Assembly: GCA_039923815.1 (NCBI GenBank)
Contig: JBDTCA010000360.1
Coordinates: forward strand, 1 to 39,928
Direction of reading: 5' to 3'
DNA length: 39,928 nucleotides
From: Caldimonas sp.
GTDB taxonomy: Bacteria; Pseudomonadota; Gammaproteobacteria; Burkholderiales; Burkholderiaceae_C
The notes beneath the pieces are model-generated. The model had not been told where the DNA came from, searched no databases, and saw nothing but the letters and a program-made list of their open reading frames with translations. Both the position numbers and the translations under genes were made by a program. This document shows positions 9,048 through 17,284 of the stretch, piece after piece (position 1 is the stretch's first letter; each line of letters opens with the position of its first letter).

Positions 9048-9133
9048 GTGCAAATGCTACCGGCTCGAGGCCGTGGACCTTTCTTGTAAGCTCGCAGGCA
9101 AAGCGTTTTCAGCGCGGGCGAGGAGACAGCGAC

Positions 9134-10264
9134 ATGATGATCGGAGTGCCGCGTGAGACGGCAGCGGGCGAGACGCGGGTCGCCGTGACGCCGGAGACGG
9201 CGAAGAAGCTGAAGGCGCAGGGCCACGACATCCGCGTCGAGACCGGCGCCGGCGTCGCTGCCAGCGTCACCGACGACGCGTTTGTCGCGGCCGGTGCCGA
9301 GATCGCCGACCGAGCCGCAGCCTTCGCCTGCGACCTGGTCCTGAAAGTGCGCTCCCCCGATGCCGACGAGCTGGCGCTGATGAAGCGTGGCGGCAACCTC
9401 GTCGGCATGCTGAATCCGTTCGACCGGCCCGGCCTCGAGGCGATCGCTGCTGCCGGCCTGACGTCGTTCGCCCTCGAGGCGGCGCCGCGCACCACGCGCG
9501 CGCAGAGCATGGACGTGCTCTCGAGCCAGGCCAACATCGCGGGCTACAAGGCGGTGATGGTCGCCGCCGACAAGTACCAGCGCTTTTTCCCGATGCTGAT
9601 GACGGCCGCCGGCACGGTGAAGGCGGCGCGCGTCGTCGTGCTCGGTGTCGGCGTCGCCGGGCTGCAGGCGATCGCCACCGCCAAGCGCCTCGGCGCCGTC
9701 ATCGAGGCCAGCGACGTGCGGCCGAGCGTGAAGGAACAGGTCGAGTCGCTCGGCGGCAAGTTCATCGACGTCTCCTACGACACGCCGGAAGAAAAGGAAG
9801 CGGCCGTCGGCGTCGGCGGCTACGCCAAGGCGATGCCGGCGAGCTGGCTCGAGCGCCAAAAGGTCGAGGTCGCCAAGCGCGTCGCCGCCGCCGACATCGT
9901 CATCTCGACGGCGCTCATCCCCGGCCGCGCCGCACCCGTGCTCGTCACCGAGGAGATGGTCAGGAGCATGAAGCCGGGCTCGGTGATCGTCGACCTGGCC
10001 GCCGGCAAGGGCGAAGGCGGCGCCGGCGGCAACTGCCCGCTGAGCGAGGCCGACAAGACCGTCGTCAGGCACGGCGTCACCATTGTCGGCGAGACCAATC
10101 TGGCGGCGCGCGTCGGAGCCGACGCGTCGGCGCTGTACGCCCGCAACGTGCTCGACTTCCTGAAGCTGGTGTTGCCGAAAGACGCGGCCTTCAGCGTGCC
10201 GATGGACGACGACATCGTCGCCGCCTGCCTGATGACGCAGGGTGGCGAAGTCAAGCGCAAATAG
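9134..10264 (+). CDS. pntAA: NAD(P) transhydrogenase subunit alpha part 1
   Basis: IGVPRE...ETRVAVTPE, RAQSMDVLSSQANIAGYKAV, GVGVAGLQAI, TALIPGRAAP, GGNCP. RBS AGGAGA at 9121-9126. Confidence 0.95.
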   Translation: MMIGVPRETAAGETRVAVTPETAKKLKAQGHDIRVETGAGVAASVTDDAFVAAGAEIADRAAAFACDLVLKVRSPDADELALMKRGGNLVGMLNPFDRPGLEAIAAAGLTSFALEAAPRTTRAQSMDVLSSQANIAGYKAVMVAADKYQRFFPMLMTAAGTVKAARVVVLGVGVAGLQAIATAKRLGAVIEASDVRPSVKEQVESLGGKFIDVSYDTPEEKEAAVGVGGYAKAMPASWLERQKVEVAKRVAAADIVISTALIPGRAAPVLVTEEMVRSMKPGSVIVDLAAGKGEGGAGGNCPLSEADKTVVRHGVTIVGETNLAARVGADASALYARNVLDFLKLVLPKDAAFSVPMDDDIVAACLMTQGGEVKRK

Positions 10265-10295
10265 AAGCAGCACAAGCAGAACACACGAGGCCGCC

Positions 10296-10634
10296 ATGGA
10301 TCCCGTTTCCCACACCGTCGTCAACCTGATCATCTTCGTGCTGGCGATCTACGTCGGCTACCACGTCGTCTGGACGGTGACGCCGGCCCTGCACACGCCG
10401 CTGATGGCGGTGACCAATGCGATCTCGGCGATCGTCATCGTCGGCGCCATGCTGGCCGCGGCGCTGACCGAGACCGGCCTCGGCAAGACGATGGGCGTGC
10501 TGGCGGTCGCGCTGGCGGCCGTCAATGTCTTCGGCGGCTTCCTGGTGACGCGACGGATGCTCGAGATGTTCCGGAAGAAGGACCGGCCCGCGAAGGTCGC
10601 GGCGGTCGACGAGAAGAAGGCTGTTTCGACATGA
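10296..10634 (+). CDS. pntAB: NAD(P) transhydrogenase subunit alpha part 2
   Basis: VTPALHTPLMAVTNAIS, NVFGGFLVTRRMLEMF. Confidence 0.95.
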   Translation: MDPVSHTVVNLIIFVLAIYVGYHVVWTVTPALHTPLMAVTNAISAIVIVGAMLAAALTETGLGKTMGVLAVALAAVNVFGGFLVTRRMLEMFRKKDRPAKVAAVDEKKAVST

Positions 10635-12085
10635 GCCTGAATCTCGTCACGCTGCTGTACCTCGTTGCCAGCATCTGCTTCATCCAGGCCCTGAAGGGCC
10701 TGAGCCACCCGACCACGTCGATCCGCGGCAACGCCTTCGGCATGATCGGCATGGCGATCGCCGTCGTCACCACCGCCGCGCTGATCGTCCGCCTGATGGA
10801 GCAGTACGGGCAGTCGGCGAGCACGGGCATGGCCTACGTGCTCGGTGCGCTGGTCGTCGGTGGTGCCGTCGGCGCGACGATGGCCAAGCGCGTCGAGATG
10901 ACCAAGATGCCGGAGCTGGTCGCCTTCATGCACAGCATGATCGGCCTGGCGGCCGTGTTCATCGCCGTCGCGGCGGCCGTCGAACCTTATGCCTTCGGCA
11001 TCGTCGCCCGGCCGCTCGCGGGTGGCGCCGTCGAGCCGATTCCCACCGGCAACCGGCTCGAGCTGATCCTCGGTGCGGCCATCGGCGCGATCACCTTCAG
11101 CGGCTCGGTGATCGCGTTCGGCAAGCTCTCCGGCAAGTACAAGCTGCGCGTGTTCCAGGGCGCGCCGGTCAGCTTTGCAGGCCAGCACTGGCTCAACCTC
11201 GCGCTCGGCATCGCGATGGTCGCGCTCATCGCCGCCTACACGATGACGCAGGGCTCGCTCTACTTCTACCTCGTGCTCGCAATCGCCTTCGTGCTCGGCG
11301 TCCTCATCATCATCCCGATCGGCGGTGCCGACATGCCGGTCGTGGTGTCGATGTTGAACAGCTACTCCGGCTGGGCCGCGGCCGGCATCGGCTTCTCGCT
11401 CAACAACGCGATGCTCATCGTCGCCGGCTCGCTGGTCGGCAGCTCCGGGGCGATCCTGAGCTACATCATGTGCAAGGCGATGAACCGGTCGTTCTTCAAC
11501 GTCATCCTCGGCGGCTTCGGCGGCGACGCCACCGCGGCAACCGGCGGCAAGGCCGAAGCGCGGCCGGTCAAGACCGGCAGTGCGGACGACGCCGCCTTCG
11601 TGCTCGGCAACGCCGAGACCGTGATCATCGTCCCGGGTTACGGCCTGGCCGTGGCGCGGGCCCAGCACGCCGTCAAGGAGCTGGCGCTCAAGCTCACCGA
11701 GAAGGGCATCAAGGTCAAGTACGCGATCCATCCGGTCGCCGGCCGCATGCCGGGCCACATGAACGTGCTGCTGGCCGAGGCCGAGGTGCCGTACGACCAG
11801 GTCTTCGAGATGGAAGACATCAACGGCGAGTTCGGTCAGGCCGACGTCGCCATCATCCTCGGCGCCAACGACGTCGTGAACCCGGCCGCGCACACCAAGG
11901 GCAGTGCCATCTACGGCATGCCGATCCTCGAGGCCTACAAGGCCAAGACCGTGATCGTCAACAAGCGCTCGATGGCCGCCGGCTACGCCGGCCTAGACAA
12001 CGAGCTCTTCTACATGGACAAGACCATGATGGTCTTCGGCGACGCCAAGAAGGTCGTTGAGGACATGGCCAAGGCGATCGAGTAG
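10631..12085 (+). CDS. pntB: NAD(P) transhydrogenase subunit beta
   Basis: MTKMPELVAFMHS, IGGADMPVVVSMLNSYSGW, IVPGYGLAVA, HPVAGRMPGHMNVLLAEA, GANDVVNP. Confidence 0.97.
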   Translation: MSLNLVTLLYLVASICFIQALKGLSHPTTSIRGNAFGMIGMAIAVVTTAALIVRLMEQYGQSASTGMAYVLGALVVGGAVGATMAKRVEMTKMPELVAFMHSMIGLAAVFIAVAAAVEPYAFGIVARPLAGGAVEPIPTGNRLELILGAAIGAITFSGSVIAFGKLSGKYKLRVFQGAPVSFAGQHWLNLALGIAMVALIAAYTMTQGSLYFYLVLAIAFVLGVLIIIPIGGADMPVVVSMLNSYSGWAAAGIGFSLNNAMLIVAGSLVGSSGAILSYIMCKAMNRSFFNVILGGFGGDATAATGGKAEARPVKTGSADDAAFVLGNAETVIIVPGYGLAVARAQHAVKELALKLTEKGIKVKYAIHPVAGRMPGHMNVLLAEAEVPYDQVFEMEDINGEFGQADVAIILGANDVVNPAAHTKGSAIYGMPILEAYKAKTVIVNKRSMAAGYAGLDNELFYMDKTMMVFGDAKKVVEDMAKAIE

Positions 12086-12121
12086 CGGCGAAAGCCGCCC
12101 CGCTCTCGACCCGAGCCGGTC

Positions 12122-12664
12122 CTACCTCGGCGTCGAGGGCAGCGAGATCACCTTCTCGCCGGCGGGCCCGGTCTGCATCGCGCCGTCGCGCTTGAGCAGC
12201 ACGGCGCCGCTGCCGACCTTGATCGGCACCGACTGGGCGCTGCCGCGGCCGGCCTGCGTCGTGAAGACGTCGAGGTAGGCCATGCCGTCGGCGGCGACGC
12301 TGACGTCGAGCGCGAGCGTCGTGACCTGGCCGCGTGGCAGGGCCATCGAGGTCGCGGTTCCCGTCTGCGCCGAGACGGCGCTGCCGCCGGCGGGCGCGCG
12401 CCATTCGACGCGGGCGTCGTCGTCGGTGACGCCGCTGAAGCGAAGCTCGACCGTGCCGGTCTGGCCGGGTTGCAACCCGGCCGGCACCGCGTAGGCCAGG
12501 CGAACGCCGGAGCCGTTGTGCTTCGAAGCGGCTTCGGTCCACGCGCTGCTCGCCTTCGCCTTGACGGGAACGGCGGCGCCCGTGGCGGCGACGGCCGGGT
12601 CGACGATGGTGGCGCAGCCGGCGAGCGCGACGAGCCAGGCAGCGGATGTGAGAGTGCGCATCAT
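12122..12664 (-). CDS. Hypothetical lipoprotein (beta-rich, about 180 aa)
   Basis: MMRTLTSAAWLVALAG-C lipobox. Start overlaps the upstream stop, so it is coupled to the peptidase gene. Confidence 0.7.
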   Translation of the reverse strand: MMRTLTSAAWLVALAGCATIVDPAVAATGAAVPVKAKASSAWTEAASKHNGSGVRLAYAVPAGLQPGQTGTVELRFSGVTDDDARVEWRAPAGGSAVSAQTGTATSMALPRGQVTTLALDVSVAADGMAYLDVFTTQAGRGSAQSVPIKVGSGAVLLKRDGAMQTGPAGEKVISLPSTPR

Positions 12665-14319
12665 CAGTTCACCTTGAAGTCGAAGCAGCTCGTCTTGGGA
12701 TAGGCGAGCTTGTAGTCCGACAACGCCACGGAGTGGGTTCCGGTTGGCAGGCTCAGCGGCCCGATCAATTCCACATCGTCGGCGCCCGAGTTGGCCTCGA
12801 CCGTGGTGCCGTCGGACTTGAGCAGCGTGAAGTCGGGATCGGTCACGCCCGTCCCTGCCGGCGAGGTCTTGGTCGCGGAAAGGGGATGCGAGCCGCTCGC
12901 CGTGAAACGGAAGAAGATGAACTCGCCCAGCTTGTTGCCGTCGTCCCGGGGGTCGGCTTCGGCGTGCGGACAAAAGTTGCCGGTGGTGCCGACCAGTGTC
13001 TGGTAGACAGGGAGATTCAGCGGGTTGCCGCCGTTGTTGGTCTCGCCGGTGCCGAAGGCGTCGTTGGTGACGATGTTCTGGCTGGCCCAGAGCGCGGTGA
13101 TCGTCGCCGCGTCGGCGGGTGATGACGCCTTTGCAGCGGCGGCGAAGCTGAAGAGGCTGCTGAAGGCCGGCGAGCGCGTGAGACCGGTCAGCGCGGCATA
13201 GACCGGGCCGAAGCCGATCGTCTGGTTCGTGGTCCAGATCAAGTACTGCGAACTCGTCTCCGAGTACCAGCCGCGGTCGGTGCCGGTGGCGGGTGTGCTG
13301 ACGTCGAGCGAGAAGCTGGTGGCCTGGTTGGCACCGTAGGTGTCGACGTAGATCGGCCCGCCGAGCGCGATGCCCGACCAGGCGTTGCCCCAGCCCTCGG
13401 AGAAGGCGACACGCATGTCGAGCTTGTCGCCGTTGCCGTGCGAGCGGCCGACGCTGTCGTCGCGGGACAGTGCGTTCTGCAGGTAATGGCCGAACTCGTG
13501 GGCGATCACGTGGGTGTCGTATTCATCGGTGTCCGTGCCGGCGGCCCCGAGCACGTAGAGCGCGCGGCCCGACGACGAGGTGGTGAAGAACGACGTCGTG
13601 ATGGCACCAGTGGTGGCGTTGAAGGGCTTGACCGGCCGGTTGTTCGTGCTCCAGAACAGTTTCAGCGATGGCAGGTTCACGGTGGGCGCCACCGTCGCGA
13701 TCTTGGCCTGGCCGTCGTACACCACGTCGAGCAGCGCGAACGGCGCGGCGGCGCGCGGCGTGGTGTAGGCGGTGCCGTTCCAGCCCGAGGCGGCGCGCAG
13801 GTTCTGGGTGATGCTGGCCGTGGGCGTGAAGGGCACGGAGTCGAGCGCATAGATCGCGTCGCTGCTGGTGTTGTCGAGCACCGTGAAGTCGCGGTCGCCG
13901 CGGGTCGAGCCGGTGCGCTTGATCTCGGCTCGAACGCGCACCTTCACGGCCTGCGAGTCCGCGAGGCTGAGGCTGTAGTTGCCCGAGTCGTCGGTCACGG
14001 TCGTCGCCAGCACGGTGTTCGACGCCGAGAGCAGCTGTACGGTGGCGCTGCGGATCGGCTTGTCGACGGAGGCGGCGTAGTCGAGACCGGTGCCGTTGGT
14101 CCGGGTCGGCACCGACTCGAACACCGCCTTGCCGCTGATCGTGTACGGGCCGCTCGACGAGGGGGGTGCCGGTGCGGGCGGCTCCGCTGTGGAATCGCCG
14201 CCGCCGCCACCGCCACCGCAGGCGGCCAGGGAAGCGGCAAGCGACATCATCAAGGCGATCGAGCCCAGGCGCAGCGAAGGCAGCGCGGGAACGGTGCAGG
14301 GCAAGGGTGCAGGGGTCAC
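12664..14319 (-). CDS. Lipoprotein with putative zinc metallopeptidase domain
   Basis: LAAC lipobox then Gly7 and a Pro/Ser linker, beta-sandwich-like segment (TVTDDSGNYSL), DEYDTHVIAHEFGHY (HEXXH), downstream FSEG. Start uncertain (14250-14343). Confidence 0.78.
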   Translation of the reverse strand: MTPAPLPCTVPALPSLRLGSIALMMSLAASLAACGGGGGGGDSTAEPPAPAPPSSSGPYTISGKAVFESVPTRTNGTGLDYAASVDKPIRSATVQLLSASNTVLATTVTDDSGNYSLSLADSQAVKVRVRAEIKRTGSTRGDRDFTVLDNTSSDAIYALDSVPFTPTASITQNLRAASGWNGTAYTTPRAAAPFALLDVVYDGQAKIATVAPTVNLPSLKLFWSTNNRPVKPFNATTGAITTSFFTTSSSGRALYVLGAAGTDTDEYDTHVIAHEFGHYLQNALSRDDSVGRSHGNGDKLDMRVAFSEGWGNAWSGIALGGPIYVDTYGANQATSFSLDVSTPATGTDRGWYSETSSQYLIWTTNQTIGFGPVYAALTGLTRSPAFSSLFSFAAAAKASSPADAATITALWASQNIVTNDAFGTGETNNGGNPLNLPVYQTLVGTTGNFCPHAEADPRDDGNKLGEFIFFRFTASGSHPLSATKTSPAGTGVTDPDFTLLKSDGTTVEANSGADDVELIGPLSLPTGTHSVALSDYKLAYPKTSCFDFKVN

Positions 14320-14437
14320 GGCGCGGATCTTTCTAGCCGCCACGGAGGCAAGCTGTCAGTGCGAAAGGCAGCCGGCACGATACATGGAAGGCGGGCGCGG
14401 CGTGTGTCGGATTGCGAGCGCGACGTGCGCTTTTGCC

Positions 14438-15799
14438 TCAGGTCGACGCCGGCAGATGACCCGTGCCGGCGTCCGCGGAGGCGAGCACCGCCTCCTTCGG
14501 GCGGGGCTTCATCAACGGCAGCAGCAGCAACGCGACCAGGCCGACGACCGAGTCGATCACCAGCGTCGTCGGGTAGCCCCAGCGCGTGACGGCGATGCCC
14601 TGCCAGTACGCGGTGTACGAGATGCACAGGTTCATCAGCGCCATGTAGGCAGTGAACTGGGTTGCCGCGACCGCGGGGTTCGTCACATCCATGAACAACG
14701 CACTGCGGATCCCGTAATAGAGCCCCTGGAAGACGTTGTAGACGATGGTCGCGGTCCAGAAGGTGACGATGAGCAGGTGCGATGGCTGCGGCCGGTCGGC
14801 CTGCTTCATGTCGACCGGCATGATCCAGCCGGCTTGCCACATCGTCCAGGCCAGCCAGAGCGTCGGCACGACGGTCAGGAAGATGAAGAGGGCGAGCGTG
14901 GAGCGCCGGCCGAAGCGGTCGGAGAGCCAGCCGCCGAGGATGCAGGCCGGCGCGAAGATCACCGTCGAATAGAGGTTGAGCTGGGCGACCTCGTTGTCGT
15001 CGAGGCCGAGCTCGACGGCGAGGTTGGACTGCAGCGCCAGACTGAGCGCATAGGCGCCGGCCGGCAGCAGCGCCACGACCACACCGACCAGCGCCGCCCG
15101 CGTGCCGGTGAAGGCGCGCCAGGTGTCGACCATGAAGACGACGAGCTCCTTGCCGACATTTCGCACCTTGCGGGCGGCGGCATCCACCGCCGACAACGGC
15201 TGTTCCTTCAGCGGCAGGACGACGAACACGGTGATCAGGAAGATGACGGCGCAGACGAAGCCGTAGGTCGCCTGGAACGGCATCGTCGCGGTGAGGAAGA
15301 GCACGCCGGCGCCGCCGATGGCCTGGCCGATCGAGGCGCCGGCGAACATGAAGCCGTTGGCCGAGCCGCGCTCGTCTTCGGGCAGCACGCCGACGGCGAG
15401 GGCATCGATGGCAACGTCCTGCGTGGCGCCGAAGATGTTGTGCAGGAAGATGATGCCGGTGAACAGCCCGATCTGGTGGACGAAGTCGACCTTCATCGCC
15501 GCCATCAGCGTGCCGATCATGCCGAGCTGCATCGCGAAGATCCAGACCCGCCTTCGACCGAAGCGCTCCGACGAGAACGTGTCGACAAAGGGGCCGAACG
15601 CCCACTTGAATGCCCACGGCAGATAGAGCGAGGCGACGAAGGCGCCGATCGCCTCCGGCCCGAGGCCCTGGCGCCGCATCTGCGCCGCGATCGCCGTCGC
15701 CGTGAAGCCGAGCGGGATGCCTTCGGTGACGTAGAGCAGGAAGAACGCCGTCAGCCGGCCCTTGCGCGTGGCGAGCAGGTCGGGCAGGGCAAAGCGCAT
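14438..15799 (-). CDS. AmpG-like MFS permease
   Basis: LYVTEGIPLGF, LPWAFKWAFGPFVD, GRRRVWI, ATQDVAIDALAV, ATQFTAYMALMNL. Confidence 0.85.
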   Translation of the reverse strand: MRFALPDLLATRKGRLTAFFLLYVTEGIPLGFTATAIAAQMRRQGLGPEAIGAFVASLYLPWAFKWAFGPFVDTFSSERFGRRRVWIFAMQLGMIGTLMAAMKVDFVHQIGLFTGIIFLHNIFGATQDVAIDALAVGVLPEDERGSANGFMFAGASIGQAIGGAGVLFLTATMPFQATYGFVCAVIFLITVFVVLPLKEQPLSAVDAAARKVRNVGKELVVFMVDTWRAFTGTRAALVGVVVALLPAGAYALSLALQSNLAVELGLDDNEVAQLNLYSTVIFAPACILGGWLSDRFGRRSTLALFIFLTVVPTLWLAWTMWQAGWIMPVDMKQADRPQPSHLLIVTFWTATIVYNVFQGLYYGIRSALFMDVTNPAVAATQFTAYMALMNLCISYTAYWQGIAVTRWGYPTTLVIDSVVGLVALLLLPLMKPRPKEAVLASADAGTGHLPAST

Positions 15800-15881
15800 G
15801 CGGCAAGACGCTAGCACAGGGGTCGCGGCAAGGGCTTGCACGCTGGGGTACAACGACCTTCTTTGCCCTTGGGAGATCGCC

Positions 15882-16811
15882 ATGGCCGACCAGCCGAAGA
15901 AGCTCACCGCCGCCGACTTCGACCCCTAGGTCCTCCGCCTCTTCGACAACTATGTCCACGGTGCCATCGACCGCCGCGGCTTCCTCGAGGGCGCCGCGAA
16001 GTTCGCGGTCGGCGGCACGACCGCAGCGACGCTGCTCGACGCCCTGCGCCCCGACTTCGCGGCCGCCCAGCAGGTCGCCAGGACCGACGCGCGCATCAAG
16101 GCAGAGACCATCGAGTTCCAGTCGCCGCAGGGTTACGGCACCGGCCGCGGCATGCTCGTTCGGCCGGCCCACGCACCGTTGCCGGGCGGGCCCGGCACGC
16201 CGACGCAGGGCCTGCCGCTCGTGCTCGTGATCCACGAGAACCGCGGCCTCAACCCTCACATCGAAGACATCGCCCGGCGGCTCGCGCTCGACGACTTCAT
16301 CGCCTTCGCGCCCGATGCCTTGTTCCCGCTCGGTGGTTATCCGAACGACGAGGACAAGGCCCGTGACCTGTTCGGCAAGCTCGATCAGGCGAAGACGCGC
16401 GAAGACTTCGTGGCCGCCGCGAAGTACCTCGAAGGCGTGCCCGGCGGCAACGGCCGGATCGGCGCCGTCGGCTTTTGCTGGGGCGGTGGCATGGTCAACC
16501 GGCTGGCCACCCGCATGCCTAGCCTGAACGCCGGCGTCGCGTTCTACGGCGAAGCACCCGCGCTGGATCGGGTCGGCGCCATCCAGGCGCCGTTGCTGCT
16601 CATGTTCGCCGACAGCGACGAGCGCATCAACGCGGGTTGGCCGTCGTACGAAGCGGCGCTTCGGAGCGCGGGCAAGAAGTTCGAGGCCTTCAAGTACGCC
16701 GGCACGCAGCACGGATTCAACAACGACACGACGCCTCGTTACGACGCGGCTGCGGCGCAGCTCGCCTGGCAGCGCACCGTGGCGTTCTTCAACCGCACCC
16801 TGCGCGGCTGA
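15882..16811 (+). pseudogene. Dienelactone hydrolase family (YghX-like) gene with in-frame TAG at codon 16
   Basis: RBS GGGAGA, ATG at 15882, MADQPKKLTAADFDP*VLRLFDNYVHGAIDRRGFL... in frame with track ORF 16152..16811. HENRGLNPHI, GFCWGG and HGFNND are intact. TAG at 15927-15929. Confidence 0.8.
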
Positions 16812-16835
16812 CGGTTCGCGCGGCGGGTGGCGGGT

Positions 16836-17144
16836 TCAGTGGAGGTCGCGCTTCTTGCGCTTGAACGACTTCGGCTTGTAGACGTTGCCGTCCCACTCAC
16901 CGCCGGCGGCGGTGCGACGGGCCCGCTCGATGACTTCGCGGGCCGATCGTTCGGCGCGCGACTCGGCCCGCGATTCGGCCGAGCTTCGCACCGCCTCGCG
17001 CCATTTGCGTTGCCAGGGTCGATGCCGGGCGCGAATGAATTCATCGAGGCGGGCGCGCCGGCCCGGGCCCAGGCACATGCGCACCAGGAAGAACAGGCAG
17101 GCCAGGAGCACGATGGCCGCAAAAGCCTTTTCGATCACTTGCAT
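16836..17144 (-). CDS. Small hypothetical membrane protein
   Basis: N-terminal TM helix, Arg/Glu-rich helical body, tail WDGNVYKPKSF. Fills the gap between flanking genes. Confidence 0.7.
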   Translation of the reverse strand: MQVIEKAFAAIVLLACLFFLVRMCLGPGRRARLDEFIRARHRPWQRKWREAVRSSAESRAESRAERSAREVIERARRTAAGGEWDGNVYKPKSFKRKKRDLH

Positions 17145-17284
17145 GGCACCTGTCGCTGTGGCCTACCCGCTCGGTGCGGCCATCGTAGCGCGGCAGGGCG
17201 GCGGCTTCGCGCGCTCGATGCGACTTCCCCCTACATGGCGCGTTCGAGGGCAGCAGCACAATCGGCAAGCCTGATCGGCCACCC

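Noticed and set aside
12085-12098. GCGGC-GAAA-GCCGC hairpin after pntB as a terminator
   Set aside because: Only a 5-bp stem with no U-tract on either strand, too weak to call
15927-15929. Genome-wide TAG reassignment or pyrrolysine
   Set aside because: TAG is a normal stop for pntAA, pntB, DUF72 and YihY in this window, and no pyl genes are seen
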